DNA of 58,832 bases, counting the filler, from Sphacelaria rigidula (taxonomy: Eukaryota), in assembly GCA_964200075.2 (NCBI GenBank). It is 10 parts of 10 records of this genome, joined end to end, with 100 filler letters (N's around TTAATTAATTAA, not from the genome) between each part and the next. Parts side by side here need not be neighbours in the genome. Positions count along the whole stretch, not along the records: positions 1 to 5,794 come from CAXNAA020024418.1; positions 5,895 to 11,688 come from CAXNAA020024419.1; positions 11,789 to 17,581 come from CAXNAA020024420.1; 7 more parts are not named here. One strand, 5' to 3'. Below are positions 1 through 13,011 of this stretch, in pieces (position 1 is the first letter of the stretch; the number at the start of each line of letters is the position of its first letter). A program made the translations under genes and the position numbers. The notes under the pieces are model-generated. The model did no database searches and had not been told where the DNA came from. It was given only the letters and a program-made list of their open reading frames with translations.

Positions 1-1516
1 AAGGGTGAAACACCACGCACAGATCAGTTGCCGGGTCCAACCACGACAACTGCCCTTCCCCGGCATCGCCCCTCCGTTGCAATATATGAGATTCAACCCT
101 CGACTGATGAGACAAATATTCCAGGCACAACCACTGACACTCCATGCATACACCATCCTTCCGACCAAAAGCTTGTCCCACATGATCATCAACGGGTGTA
201 TCTTAGCACCTTCGTTCAAAACGCAAAGCGGGCCCGATCTCGTCAGTGGTACTGCAACTATGGATGATGCTTTTTTTACGACCAAGATAGGTTTGTGTAG
301 CGGAGCGCGTGCAAAATGTCATTTGATAACTCTTGAACTACCAGACTCTGGTTCACCTCAAACGTTCATTACAGCCAGCTGCTGGTAACAGATGGTCAAC
401 GCGGGCGCGGCGGGCGAGCATTGTCTGTCCAACGTGCACCCTCATGTTTTTGGTGAGTTTGGTTCCTCCACATGTCTTACGGTCAATCAATCGGTGAGAC
501 TAAGTGTACAATTCTACCAGGATACTACTCCCAATGCTCGGTTGTCCGTATGGGCACTAATTGTGCCCGACGGTTCCATACCTTTTGATGTTTCGTTGGG
601 TCGAGATAGTTGGCTTCGTTTTGCCACACACACGTATACGACGGACACACCTGTCCCGAACCGTCCAGTCACAGGCAAACTGTCACTGGGTCACTTCGAC
701 ACTGATTCGGGAGCTCATGCTTATGGGGATGACCCCACGCAAACAGGTACTGCTTTCCGTCTGTACTATGTTGGTGAACCTGTAGTCTCGCTTTCTCGTG
801 AACCCCCACTTATCGAAGTAAACCTCGTGAGATGCAATGGATCGCCCGCCTTCACAGGACATTATTTGGTCGAATTGCTCAAACCTGACCAAGCACAGGT
901 TGGTCCGTTTGAACAGACCGAAGTCTTTGTTCACGAATGTAGAAAGGCCATTTACCTCACGTCCCCTGCATGTTTCGATATACTCAACGGTCAGTTGTTG
1001 GGTTATGCTCAAGCGCCTCTCATACGAACAGCCCTCTCAGATGTGTGCCCCCCTGCAGACAACCACTCGTCAACCGACCCCCCGAAATCCACGGGGCCCC
1101 CTCCGCTAGACATGCCTGACGATGGTGGTGACAAATCCACCAGATGCGCCTGAACCTCAACCCCCAACTTCATTACTGGATAGATTCTCCCCAGAACAAC
1201 GCGCCAGTTTTCACAAGTTGTGGGATGACATTCCCCCTCACTTACAGCATATTGTTTTTAATCTATCTAGCGATGGTTGGACACCCACTGTAATCGATAG
1301 ATTGAGATCCATCTTGATCAGATATTCTGATCGGTTTTCTACTGCACCCTTGGATTTAGGTCGACGTACCACGACACCGTTCAAGATCAAGATTCCTGAT
1401 GGCACTCCGCCTATCGCTATGCGTCCGTACTGTACGAACCCCCTTTTAGCGGATATGATCCAGGTAATTCTCGATGGTTACTTATCCGCCGGTTTAACTC
1501 GGCACTCGACGTCTCC

Positions 1517-2280
1517 GTGGGCCTCGCCTTTAGTAGTCGTCCGTTAAAAAATGACAAAATCAGACTGACGGTCAATTATCAACCATTGAACGCTGTCACC
1601 AAAATCACCCGGCTGCCACTTCCACGGATTGATGAAATTATTGACTCTCTTGGCGGGGGTAAGGTATTTTCGAACTTTGACATGCAGTCCGGCTACCATC
1701 AGCTCGTGATGGATCCAGATTCCATTGAACTGACAGCGTTTTGCACGCCATCAGATTTGTACGAGTGGCTGATTACACCACAAGGTGCCGCCGGTGCCCC
1801 AGGTGCGTTTCAACGTGTAATGTTCCGTGTAACTGATGGATTGCCCAAATGCCATATGTACCTTGATGATGCGGTGTGCCACCACTCCACACCGGCTGAA
1901 CACGTCGAACAGTTGGCATCATTCTTTAATCGGTTTGAACAACACAACTTGAAACTCGCCCCCTCAAAATCCCGCATTGGCGCCACGAAGATTGAGTTCT
2001 TGGGTCATTGCATCACCCCCGAAGGTCGTAGCCCAAACCTCGACAAGGTCGCCGCACTCGCCGATATGCCCATGCCACGGGACATTTTTCAACTGCGCTC
2101 CTTGTTGGGAGGTCTAAGCTACTACAGACAGTACTTGCCAAACCTTGCCCAAACGCTAAAACCCCTCACCACCCTCCTCAAAAAAGGGGTGAAATTTGTG
2201 TTCACATTGGAAATGGAAAAAACCGTCCGCCGTCTTCTTGACGCCCTTTCGCGCCCGCCGAATCTCGCCTTTTCCCGACT
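1517..2280 (+). pseudogene. Gypsy reverse transcriptase domain (frameshifted from upstream pol)
   Basis: ORF 1517-2425 carries LPRIDEIIDSL, DMQSGYHQL, TAFCTP, PQG, MYLDD, LRSLLGGLSYYRQY. Confidence 0.93.
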
Positions 2281-3606
2281 GGTCGGCCGCGGAGCAGGGT
2301 TCCCGCCCTTTTCGGCTCTAGACAAATTCTTCCAAAATTGGGTTTGGCTGCACATTAAAACAGGAGCAAGCCGATGCTACTGTTCGTCCCATCGTCTATC
2401 TGAGTCGCACCATTTTTCCAAATGAACAGAATTGGTCTGTCATGGAACAAAGGGCCGGCGCAATTGTATGGGGCGTGCGACGTCTGCGTCAGTATTTGTA
2501 TGGCATCCCGTTTGTGATTTATACGGACCATAAGTCCAAGGAAAGCCTTGCCAAAATGGCGGAACACAACGCTAGGGTACAACGCTGGTTCGAAATCCTG
2601 TCGTCTTACAACTTTCAACTGAAGTACCGCACAGGTCCCCAGAATGCAAACGCCGAGTTCTTGTCACGCTTGCCCACACCAGCTCAACCTATCGATGAAT
2701 CCCCCATGGGACGTATCACCGATCCCACCGAAGACGTTGTATATTTCATTAGCAGGAATGGACATAGAGGTTTCTACACACCACTTTCACTGAGAGAAAC
2801 GCCGGCTTCAGGCATGGGTGGGCTGACGACCACAGCCCACGCATCAGTTCTAGGCAGCTTGCAACCTCAATCGTTATACTCAGTTTGGAATGGACTGTCT
2901 ACGAATACTGTTGGCTATGATCATTTTCGTGCAACTGGCCAGCGCATGGTTTTTGCAGCAGGTGTAGAACCGTCCTTTGCTGACTCCGTCTTACCAGTTC
3001 AAGTTCGAGATTTGATTTCGAGCAGGATTCGTGGACGGCAAACCGCCGAAACGGCCAGCAAATTAGCCGTATCTGATCCTGACCTTCCCCTCTCTGCCCC
3101 CACCCCGGTCCCCGATAGTTTCCTTGCGCCCCCGCAGCCTCCGCGACGCAAGGCCCCTAGAAAATCGACCCCGACCGTGCCGCCCCTGCCAACCATAGCC
3201 GAAACCACGGCTGTTCCCCCCTTCCTTGGTGATGATATTGCAAACACCACCACAACACCCTCCACGCTAATCGACGCAGGAGTAGACGTTAACGTTTCGT
3301 CTGAGAGTACACCAACTGGTAGGCTCACCCTTGATTCCGAAATCACCGCTTCGTGCCAACCCCGCCCCGAACCGACCCAACACGAAGTAGACGCTTCAAC
3401 AGATGGTGTATTCAAGGAACATTTGACTCTCTTCTCCCACGCCGATCGGGCCCGGGAACAACAGGCAGAACCTGCTTGTAAATCAGGTATCCATTATCTA
3501 TCTAAAGGCTGCCCCATGTCCATTCTCAGAAACCGAATTATTTTCGCCAGTCGGGAATCTCAAAGCCCCCACACAGGATGAAGTTACTGAACTTTCAAGG
3601 AAAGGT

Positions 3607-5560
3607 ATGCTGCATACGGATGATGATGGTATGGTTCTACTTGTTCGCCGGCCCACAGCAGCCCTGCCCAGGGAGAAGCCTACACGTCGACATGCCCGCT
3701 TGCTCGGTGATGAACCCATCCGCATCTATGTCCCGATGCTCCTGCGCCCATGGGTTCTACACGAATGCCATTCACAGGCATCGACTCATTTAGGCGCTAT
3801 TAGGACCTCCCAGATGTTGGAACCTTTTTATTGGTGGATTTGTATGGATCAGTGTTCTCGTTGGTGGGTGAGGCGTTGTCTTTTGTGCCAGGAGCGAAAA
3901 ACTTCCCGCCAAACAGTTCGTTGGTCGATTGTTTCCATGCCACTCCCAAACGGGCCTGGTGAAGTAGTTTCGTGAGACTATTTTGGCCCTTTACCCCTGG
4001 CGGATAGTGGTAATACTTAGTCGACATGCGGCGATGCACGCTGTCCCTGCCAGTAGCTATAACGCGGAAGGTACCGCCAACATTCTTGTTTGCATGTACA
4101 TCCCACAGTTGGGTGTGCCCAAACGCTTACTGTCTGACAACGGCCCGAACGTTTCAGGCAAACTTTCAGCCGCCGTCAGTGACCTTTTGGGTGCCCATCG
4201 CATTTTTACTAGTTCCTATCACCCTTTCACCAATGATGGAGCGAAAAGAGTGAACCATACGATTTCATAGATGCTCGCTGCTGTAGCAAATAAGAGACAG
4301 ATGGACTGGGATCTGCACCTATCCCTTGTCCAAATGAACTACAACGATTCAGTCAATTCCGCTACGGGATTGTCACCAAATGAAATTCATATTGGACGCA
4401 TGCCTAGGTTACCTTCGACGGTGTTCGAACGCAAAAGTACAGGCGGACATCAGAGTCCGGTCCGTGATGTTGTAGAGTATCATTCATCGGTTAGCAATCG
4501 TCTTCGTCTTGCATATGAAGTGATACGAGAACAGAACTAAATCAAATTTGGCCAAGGTGGCCAGGGCGAACTCGATGTTGGATGATGTGGTACATAACCG
4601 CCCGGTGTGGAAGGTAGGCCAATGGGCATGGGTGTATAACGATATAAAGACCATTAATCAAGGGGCTAGCTCGAAATCATTCTCTTTGGGCAAAGTGTTG
4701 AAGGCGAAACTATCCTTGAATTGGACTGGCCCTTGGGAAATTTCGGCTGTTGGTCCAAGCGCTACCGCACCCGACACGAGTCCGGTGGGAGCGAAACGTT
4801 TGTATTTAGATTTTCCCACGGATAAACCTGGTTTGAAACCGAAACATCGTGTCTCCATGCTACGATGCAAACCTGTATCCCCCCTCATGACTCCTCTGAC
4901 ATGTCCAGACAACTGCCGCTGGGGCTCAGCCAGTATGTGTTGACCAAGTATGCAATCAAAACTCCGCCGTATCATATGACGGTCGAGGTTGCGAGCGCAC
5001 CTCTGGAACGCGTTGAGGTAGATAGGATTTCGGGCCATCAACTACGGTGATAATATAGCGGTAATGTATCAAACACATTGGAATGGTATCATGCGTGTTA
5101 CATGGGAGCGTGAAGTTGATTTGCGTCATTTTTGTCGGGAAATATTGCTGTACTGGGTAGGAAATACCGTCCAACACCGCCCGTTGAATAAGAGATATCG
5201 GTCGATGAGCAAGGGAGCTGCCGCTCGGAAACTGGCACGTGAGCACTCAGCGCGGTTTGTTGTAACAGGCTATAGCCTTCTTTCGCGTTCACAATACATG
5301 CAGTCGTTTCGCGGACAACGCTTGCCGAAGGGGGCGTACTTTTGGTATAAGGCCTTGGATTCACTGTGGTGGTTGGGTAAAATTCATTTGGTCGATCCTG
5401 CATCGGACCACTCCTGATTTATCCGTTTGCTCGATGACCCGAGCCTCCTTAAGATTCGCATGATGCGTACTACACCGAGCTGCCGACCGCTCGGAGGGGA
5501 TCCTGGTGCCTCCAACAACACGACCAAGGCGATCTCGACACGGACGTTCTACGGAACACG
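3607..5560 (+). pseudogene. Gypsy integrase with C-terminal chromodomain and Tudor-like extension, fragmented
   Basis: HHCC zinc finger, core remnants, WTGPW (GPY/F-like), VEVDRISGHQ..YQTHWNG...TWERE chromodomain, then FWYKALDSLWWLGKI. Confidence 0.85.
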
Positions 5561-5684
5561 GACACCGCTTGGGATGCAGATGACGCATGACGCCGCATCC
5601 GAGTCTGCTCCCCCGTTCGCCTTGCGTAGTGTACCACGTTCGAGTCGCTTGTCTTGCACCGTAGCGTCGTTGGAAAACCATGTT

Positions 5685-5718
<34 letters not shown>

Positions 5719-5794
5719 CCCTCTTTCCCCCCCCCCCCCCCCCCTCCACCACCTCTTTCTGCTTTCGTCCTTTTTTTCTTTTTTTTTTTTGCTT

Positions 5795-5894
5795 NNNNNN
5801 NNNNNNNNNNNNNNNNNNNNNNNNNNNNNNNNNNNNNNTTAATTAATTAANNNNNNNNNNNNNNNNNNNNNNNNNNNNNNNNNNNNNNNNNNNN
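5795..5894. other. Artificial scaffold linker N44-TTAATTAATTAA-N44 (also 11689-11788, 17582-17681, 23475-23574, 29368-29467, 35261-35360, 41154-41253, 47047-47146, 52940-53039)
   Basis: Identical 100-nt linker with stop codons in all six frames, recurring every 5893-5894 nt. Confidence 0.99.
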
Positions 5895-6257
5895 AGTTGC
5901 TTTATTCTCTGGTATCGCCACTTCTCGAGACAGCCACGGCTTATACACTGCCTCATGGGCGCCTAACCATTGAAAAATAGTGGGCAGATGAACATGCTAT
6001 TGTTGAACGAAATCAGTCGAACGTCTATGCCAGTGTACGAGTGAGTGCTACGCCATCTCAGTCGGAGAGCCTACATAACACTTGGAGAACGCACAGGAAA
6101 CACTGATCTTACCTCGACTACGAGCATCGAGAGCCTAAAACACGACGGCAATACAAGAAACGTATTTCAAGACCAGAACAGTTACTACGGGGGAAAATAT
6201 AAGCGAACACGCCATGTAACGAGCGAAGGCGTGAACAACGTTTTTTCAGGCACTCAC

Positions 6258-6321
6258 CTCCGCAGCCGGCATCGCAGAAGTAGCTTTTGGCACTTCCGTC
6301 CTCCTCTACCCACTTCAACAC
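6258..6321 (-). CDS. chlM: Mg-protoporphyrin IX methyltransferase, exon 3 (SAM-binding motif I); remaining exons not found in this scaffold
   Basis: VLKWVEEDGSAKSYFCDAGCG, phase-0 join to exon 2, G|GTGAGT donor, CTAAT branch-like motif upstream. Confidence 0.9.
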
Positions 6322-6920
6322 CTTATCCCAGCCGCCACAGCAAAAGCAACGGCATTAGCAGCAGCAATATCGACGACGGCGACGACGACGACACCATCAA
6401 CAAAACCCGACGACGAAAACATTGAGAAACACCGCTGGCGAAGCGATGCTGTTTTGCTGTGGAAGGCATGAATGTCCACCAGCGAAGCGTCCAGCTACTT
6501 CCAGTCGCGAGAAAACGGAAAATCATAACCGTATCCACTGCTCGGTAACAAGAGTCCAACAAACTGGAACAGACTTGTTCCTCATTGCTTCGTTGTGGCA
6601 TCTTCAACAGCACATCGTGTGTCAGGAATGCGACGCCCCGTCACAACTATTTCGAGTGGTCGTGCACACCTCTGTAGACGCGCGTATCCATCAGACTTGC
6701 GAATTTGGACTATTTTGAACGTCGACCGTATGAGGCTGGCTGTGTACAAGTTTTTTCGATTAACAGCAGCAGCAACAACAGCAGCAGTAAACAGCAACCA
6801 TAACCAACAACAGAGTAGGCGTTGTCCTAAAAATCTTCACTGGGAGGCAACTGTAAAACCATAGCAGCAGCAGCAGCAGCAGCAGCAAGAGGTTGTACTA
6901 CAATGTCGGACAGCCCACAC

Positions 6921-7071
6921 CTTTTCTATGGTTTGGCCATGGCCCGTGCGGATGTCTCTCTGCACGTCATTGACCTCGTCGGACTCTGAGTAGATCTTGT
7001 TCCACCGCTCGAAACCATTGTTGTTGAAGTATTCCGTCACCTCCTCCTTATCCTTGTCCATCACAGCGCTA
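6921..7071 (-). CDS. chlM: Mg-protoporphyrin IX methyltransferase, exon 2
   Basis: DKEEVTEYFNNNGFERWNKIYSESDEVNDVQRDIRTGHGQTIEK is the characteristic ChlM N-terminus; CAG(TAG) acceptor, AAG|GTGTGG donor. Confidence 0.93.
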
Positions 7072-9129
7072 CTGCATTTCCGTGCAATACAGAAGTCGTA
7101 AATCAAGGGTGTTGGGACTGACCGCAAGTGCGGGCACACGACATCTGCCGAGAGTGGGGAACAAAAATATCCATAAATAGTCGAGGTACATATGTGTGCA
7201 AATGAGATGCAATACTGTAGAAAAGGACCATACCCGAATACACACTTGGTGGATTTTATAACGAGGTTATCCTGTACCCTCACGTTGCTGTCGTCACCGG
7301 ACTAGAACGTGGCCACGATGGTACGTTGCACAAATGTGCAGAAGTGCGATACCATGCCAAAGCACTCGATTGCCTGCTCGACGCATAGGCATGGACAAGG
7401 GACAGACCCACAACTGACAATTGAAATGGCCGAATCTGGGTCTCCGGAAAAAATAGCGTGCACTCGTTTTACTACTGTAGCGACTCCTTGTCGATGGCTG
7501 GCCGTGCTCTCGTTCCAATCGAGCAATCGCGGAACTCGAGCCAGCAAGATTCGATACTGGGTAGGTCTTTACTTGTTATTGCAATTTGAGCAATGCTACA
7601 AGGTATATGGTAAGCAATGAGACTCGGATCTTGGAGGGCTGATATTCCCACGCGCTCGCCAGTGTGATTTCTGCTCAAGTCGGTGCGACGTAAATATGAG
7701 CCCTACCAACACACATTTTGCCTAGAGCATCCTCTGGATCCCCTCGCACTAACGGGTTCTCGGTCTGCCTCGGCTTGGGGTCTGGGTTACGGTTACGATA
7801 TGGCCAAGCACTTCCATAGTGTATCATATGTGGATTACTTGACAACGACCTCGTGTGAACTCGCCTCATGTTAACACTGGAGAACCCAAACATCTATCGG
7901 GAGTTCGTTATTGCAACCGAGAGGTTATCTCATGGCAAACGTTTCGAGGAAACACACGAACGTGGGCCGAGAGAAACTGAGGACTACGATACGTGCACAA
8001 AATTTCCAGTGGGAACTGCTTCACGCTGGGCAGGTACTGGTCGGTTTTTCGTGGTGTGAGCCCACCGAAGCTTTTGTGGTACAGATTAGGGCACACTGGT
8101 TAGAAGCACATATAGACGTCATAGTTTTTTAGCCACATGAGTGGATCAACGACCTGTTGTGTCGCCAAACAGAGCATGAAGTTGGCCCAATTTCCGTCAT
8201 TATTGACGAGAACAAACGTACGATACAACGCGCTGCCTCCTCTCTACGCACGTGCCGCCAGAAAAAATAAGTTTGAAACAGATGGATGGTGTGTTAAACC
8301 TTAGACCGCGAGGGTACTCCATCTGAATCACGCAGACCTTCTTCAAGTGAGCTTGATGTCGATTCAACAGATGGCCTACTTTGGCTTTTCAAGGGTTGAG
8401 AAAATCTGCGGAATTGCAGATAATCCGCCTGAGCTGACCCGTACCCAGAAGTAGCCCCACAAGGCAGGGCTTGCCTGTTCGTCCCTACTTTCCTCTGGGC
8501 TCGCCTCCGTTGGCCACACCTCACCTAGTGTACATTTCCGTCGGCCACTGGCATACCCTTTCGTGGACAGGAAGAGGTACACCTCGGCTTTGCTCGCACG
8601 TGTGAGAGTGTGAGGCCTCACTGACTTAGCCAGGTCCACTAAAGTCACTCAAGCACAAAAAGAATGCCAAGATAACTTAGCCACAATGACAAACGATGGA
8701 CCCTCTCCGCCATTGCCTAAAGCCGCAATTTCCCATCAAATGGGAAACATGAGCCAGTCCGAGTGTGAACAATCAAACAGGGCAGGCGTTTTTTTGCTAT
8801 TTCAGCCGGCGGTGAACATGATGAACTCGCGGAAACAGCATGCATGAGCAATGACACTATTGCATACTCGGCTGGTTGTAGCGATTATGTACATGGTGCT
8901 TTCCTGCGGAATCAGCAATCAGAAGCACTTTGGTCGCAAACTTAACTCACCGAGAACGGTATCGTTCGTGAGGCGCACATACACGTGTTCAGCACGCTCG
9001 TGTCACTTCACATCATGCGCTCGAAACTCGATTCTTGAAACTCCAAAGTATAAGCTCGAACTCCTTACTCCCTGAGGTCAGGCATACTCACTAGGTAGAA
9101 ATATCCCTTCAATACACCAGACGACGCAC

Positions 9130-9326
9130 CTCATTAGCACGTGCTGCCTCCTTCCCCCAGCAGCCCGCACCAGCACATCCCTGCCTGTTGTAGCTAGCCC
9201 GGTCTTTGAGGCTGCTGTCACAGGAGCAACACCCGTAGGAATTGGTGCCACGAGGAATCCCGATACGCATGACAAGCATGCCGTTAAGCATGAAACAGCT
9301 AGCACCGGGACTGGGAAAGAAGGCAT
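9130..9326 (-). CDS. chlM: Mg-protoporphyrin IX methyltransferase, exon 1 (signal peptide plus plastid transit peptide)
   Basis: MPSFPVPVLAVSCLTACLSCVSG-FLVAP: hydrophobic signal followed by F (ASAFAP-like cleavage) and a basic transit region. Donor AG|GTGCGT is phase 2, matching exon 2. Confidence 0.8.
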
Positions 9327-10113
9327 GATGGCTAGGAGTGGGAGAGAGCTGGGAGCATGAACTAGACGCCTGTCCCACTACCAGAGACCATCATGATTAG
9401 AATATGACACATTTCTTTGCGTAGAACTGTTCCGAGGTGAAGCCGTATCCATTCGATTAATCGTCCAAATCCTATATCCTACGAGTGGTACCTGGTACGC
9501 AGTATTAGACACCCAGCGCCAGTTGACACAGTAGAGTCTAGTACTTGCAGTACAGTACGGGATGGTACCATAGCACTAAACTTTAGCTGTATAGCTAATC
9601 ATTTCTGGTCACGAAAGTGAGTCGGTGCGTAGCAGACGATGAGGAGAAGGGGTGCGGTACCTGGAAGGGAAGATGAAGATTTGGGTCTACAGTGGGACAT
9701 TTTCACTATTTCATTCCCTGCTGGTAGCTGCTGCGCTGTACCATTGTACTGGGTGGTCATCATGGGCTGGTGATCACGGCACGAATTGGCCAACGATGAA
9801 CGAGACTTCTCGACCCCGTAGTGGGCTAGTTACAGATCAGCTGCATGAACTCCAGCGACAACGCGCAAAATACACTGTGACTGTAGATTAGTTACTCCAC
9901 AGTACAGAGTACAACGGCCAGACCATAATCGTGTCGCGGATGGTTCGTTCGCAAACAACCCCCCCACCACCAAAGAAGGGTATGACATGGTACTATTATG
10001 TGTTACACACTCTTCGACGCCACAGTCACATTTTTTGTGCAAACCTGGTCAACAGGGAAACAGTGCACAGACAGGCTGACTGACTGATGAACAATCACAA
10101 CGAACTCTCGCAT

Positions 10114-10372
10114 CGTACGTCCGACAGCTCATGAGCTATCTGCACATGACCGTTTTTGGCGTACTGATCCGCATCATGAGCTACCTCATTTGGCCACTTT
10201 TTTCCATATTTCTTCCCCACAGCGCTAGACGCCGAGCACGATGCGGAGTAGCGCAAATGTGACGCCTTGGCTTCTCAGAACCTGTTTTCGCATGTTCTTG
10301 TGTATTGGACAACGGATATGAGGGTCCTCTTCGATCAGTTATTTAGGGATCTCATGAGCTGTCCGACGTGTG
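10114..10372. mobile_element. MITE with ACGTC(C/G)GACAGCTCATGAG terminal inverted repeats
   Basis: Left ACGTCCGACAGCTCATGAG vs right CTCATGAGCTGTCCGACGTGTG; the same terminus occurs at 29776-29797, 37534-37556 and 38170-38193. Confidence 0.7.
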
Positions 10373-11220
10373 AACTCTTGCAAAATTCTTGGTCAACAAA
10401 GCTTGCTTCATCGCATCGACAACGAACATCGATTATAGTCTTCTGCTCTCCAGGTACAGATTCTGCTCCTGAAAGTGGCGCAACACCAACGCGTGCACGA
10501 TGTCCTCGACCTCTCTATGTACATATTATACCTGTAATGCGCACGTCTACGGCATGATGAGTGGATTCCTCGTTATTTTGGGGCCCGTAAGCTAGTTTTT
10601 CGCGACGGAGACGAATGTCGGATCGATTGGATCGGACTTTGATAAATGGAACAACAGCACCAGGGCTTCCGACGTGTGCCCCCCCCCGTGGTACAGGCGT
10701 GTCCCAACGCCGGTTGAGTTTATAAGCGGACGTGATGTAGTGCGGTTGACATGATGTGACCATTCCTGCGGGACGACTTAATCATGGAGATGTCAATCTT
10801 ACCCCGTGATGTTTCCTCCACCACGTCTTCCACGCAAAAAGCCTGGACTGTTCTGCCTCGAGCGTGTGTTTGCACTCGTAGCTAACATCGCATATGAAAA
10901 AGCATATTTACACAATCCCCTCTCCCCCCCACCAAGTTGATGAGTGTGCTTTACACCAACCTCATGTCGTTGAGCTCTTGAGTTACTATTATAATGGATT
11001 CGCCTACTCGGTGGTAGCTACCTAGGACAGCACGTATTGCAGGCACCCACATTGGTCGCAGATCCGACTCTTCTTCGATTTTGTGACATAGCATCGTCGG
11101 CGAAACTCTCCTCAAACGCATGAGCGAAACCAGTTTTGGGGATGGCCACGTAATAATACGGTATGCTGTATATCTCACCACGCAAACTTCGTGGGAGAGA
11201 AAAGGGGCAGGGGGGAGTGG

Positions 11221-11578
11221 GTACTCATTTGTTGCTTGCTCTAGTCGTTCAAACACTGACCACACCGCTCCTGCTCCTAATGGAGACACCTCCAACATTT
11301 AGGTGCTCATTACATTGCTTCCATACATTACACAAAAACCTTTCACATATCCTATCCCGGTCCTGTTTTGCCGTCTGTCGCCACCATCTATCTCCTAGTA
11401 TAGCCATTATTTTCTTGCTATTGTCTACTTTATCAAACAACTTCAAGCCACCTTCGTTCTTACGTCCCGCATTTCTCCCCGTCTAGCACGTCCAGTTCTT
11501 CCTTGTATAGTTCACATTCTGCAACTATATGACATCTGCTCTCTATAGCTTTGCCACAGAGACAAGTCTGTGCATGAA
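11221..11578 (-). mobile_element. 5'-truncated LINE 3' end (C-terminal CCHC domain); further copies ~11880-12125(+), 23240-23392(+), 40095-40335(+), 41105-41153(-), 57345-57740(-)
   Basis: CLCGKAIESRCHIVAECELYKEE (C-x-C...ES..H....C, typical LINE ORF2 C-terminus) followed by AILGDRWW...NVGGVSIRSR; copies are variably 5'-truncated and share the end AAATGAGTAC plus a C-run. Confidence 0.8.
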
Positions 11579-12319
11579 GGGGCAGGGGGGGGGGGGTACT
11601 GCCGAACAGTGAGTTATCGGCCTGTCTATCCTGTACGTGCGGCGATTGTACCATCGGTAGTCACCGCAAAATCGTGTGAACGACGAGCNNNNNNNNNNNN
11701 NNNNNNNNNNNNNNNNNNNNNNNNNNNNNNNNTTAATTAATTAANNNNNNNNNNNNNNNNNNNNNNNNNNNNNNNNNNNNNNNNNNNNGCTCCGTCCCGG
11801 CTTTGTAGGGATGCGAGGTCAACGGTCTGATGACTATAACATGCATGATCATGAGTACACCCTCCCGCGCGCGCCGTCGTTTGAAATCATTCGGTACTGA
11901 AGACGGTAGCTAGAAAACGATCGCTCTACTAGAAAATAGACGATGGCTACGGGCGAAGCAGCAAGGAATATGTCAAATATTTTCGTGTAATGTGTGGGAG
12001 AAACGTGATGAGCGCCAAATGTTGGAGGTGTCTCTGTCAGATTAGGAACGGTGCTACATTTCGAAAGAGATCCGTGATCAAAGGTCGAATGGCTAAAGTG
12101 AGCACCAAATGAGTACCCCGCCATCCCCCCTGTTTTTGACATGTGTGAGTGAGGGAGTGTGTGTGTCGTTCCCTCATGAGATTCCTCATCATATAGCCTG
12201 GTTCACGGTTTTGGCCTCAAGTTGTGTCATCAGCAAATGCCTTTTGCGGTACCGACCCAATAGTCGCATACATGGTGTCGTGCTGACCGCCATGGATAAC
12301 TGATGAGGGTAACTGTGTT

Positions 12320-12685
12320 GTTGTGTTTAGTCGTCCCATTTATTCTGGACGCCGGTCTACACCTTTCGGTATATGTGGGTGCATCACCCGGGGTCACATA
12401 GGAGGAAGGTCAACACAGGAGCTTTTTCTTTTTCATTTGTTCTCAGTATTCCACCTTCCTTCTGCGGTGCTTGCGTTTTATTTTTTATCGCGAGNNNNNN
12501 NNNNGGGGTTCAGCAGTCCCTTTCCCTCGTCGACCGTTACGTCGATTTTTGTGAACCAACGACATGGTCGCTCTCCACTGTCGAGCATGGTGTGAGGAAA
12601 AATCCCAGATCGCTCCGAGAATTGAACCCGCGACCCACCCGTCAGAAGGTTTCGAGGTTACCAACTGAACTACATGGGCGACCGA
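12320..12685 (-). mobile_element. tRNA-derived SINE with CA-rich tail (family S1)
   Basis: A box TAGTTCAGTTGG, B box GGTTCAATTC; body matches 30011-30470 and 58606-58832. Confidence 0.8.
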
Positions 12686-13011
12686 CTAAGCCAGGTTTTT
12701 GTTGAGGACATAACGGTGGCGCTAAGGCCGGAACGGTCCCAGGACCAATCAGGCGTGTTCAAAATATTCCGAAATTGGACGTACGAGTTCCACACCCTAG
12801 TTCTACCCAGTCATAACATGCTTCACCTCGGAGTAATCGCCATCACCTCGGGAATCTGACGGGAATATATCTCTTAAAAACCGGTTGAAATGAGACCGAA
12901 TCGTGCATAACACCGTGGTTTTTGACCCCCGCCGGGCTGGGGAACGGTTCTGACACTTTGTTATCCCCCGTGTGCTTGTCATGCTGTGTTCTTGTGTGCA
13001 GCTCGGTGCAG

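Larger units (their letters stand above)
1..5600 (+). mobile_element. Degenerate Ty3/Gypsy LTR retrotransposon, pol region (PR-RT-RNaseH-INT-chromodomain)
   Basis: Domains in Gypsy order: protease LPDSGSPQTF (~335-365); RT with SPWASP, PLPRIDEIID, DMQSGYHQL, PQG, YLDD, IEFLGH; RNase H YTDHKS...NANAEFLSR; integrase HSQASTHLG...CLLC, LLSDNGP, SSYHPFTNDGAKRVN. Multiple stops and frameshifts. No LTR visible inside the scaffold. Confidence 0.95.

Noticed and set aside
5839..5850. TTAATTAATTAA palindrome recurring every ~5.9 kb
   Set aside because: Synthetic six-frame stop linker between N-runs, not biological
7300..8800. Several short ORFs inside chlM intron 1 (nested gene or TE?)
   Set aside because: No recognisable motif or consistent splice chain
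12298..12312. CTGATGAG hammerhead-like core (also ~25711)
   Set aside because: No stem II plus GAAA or flanking helices found
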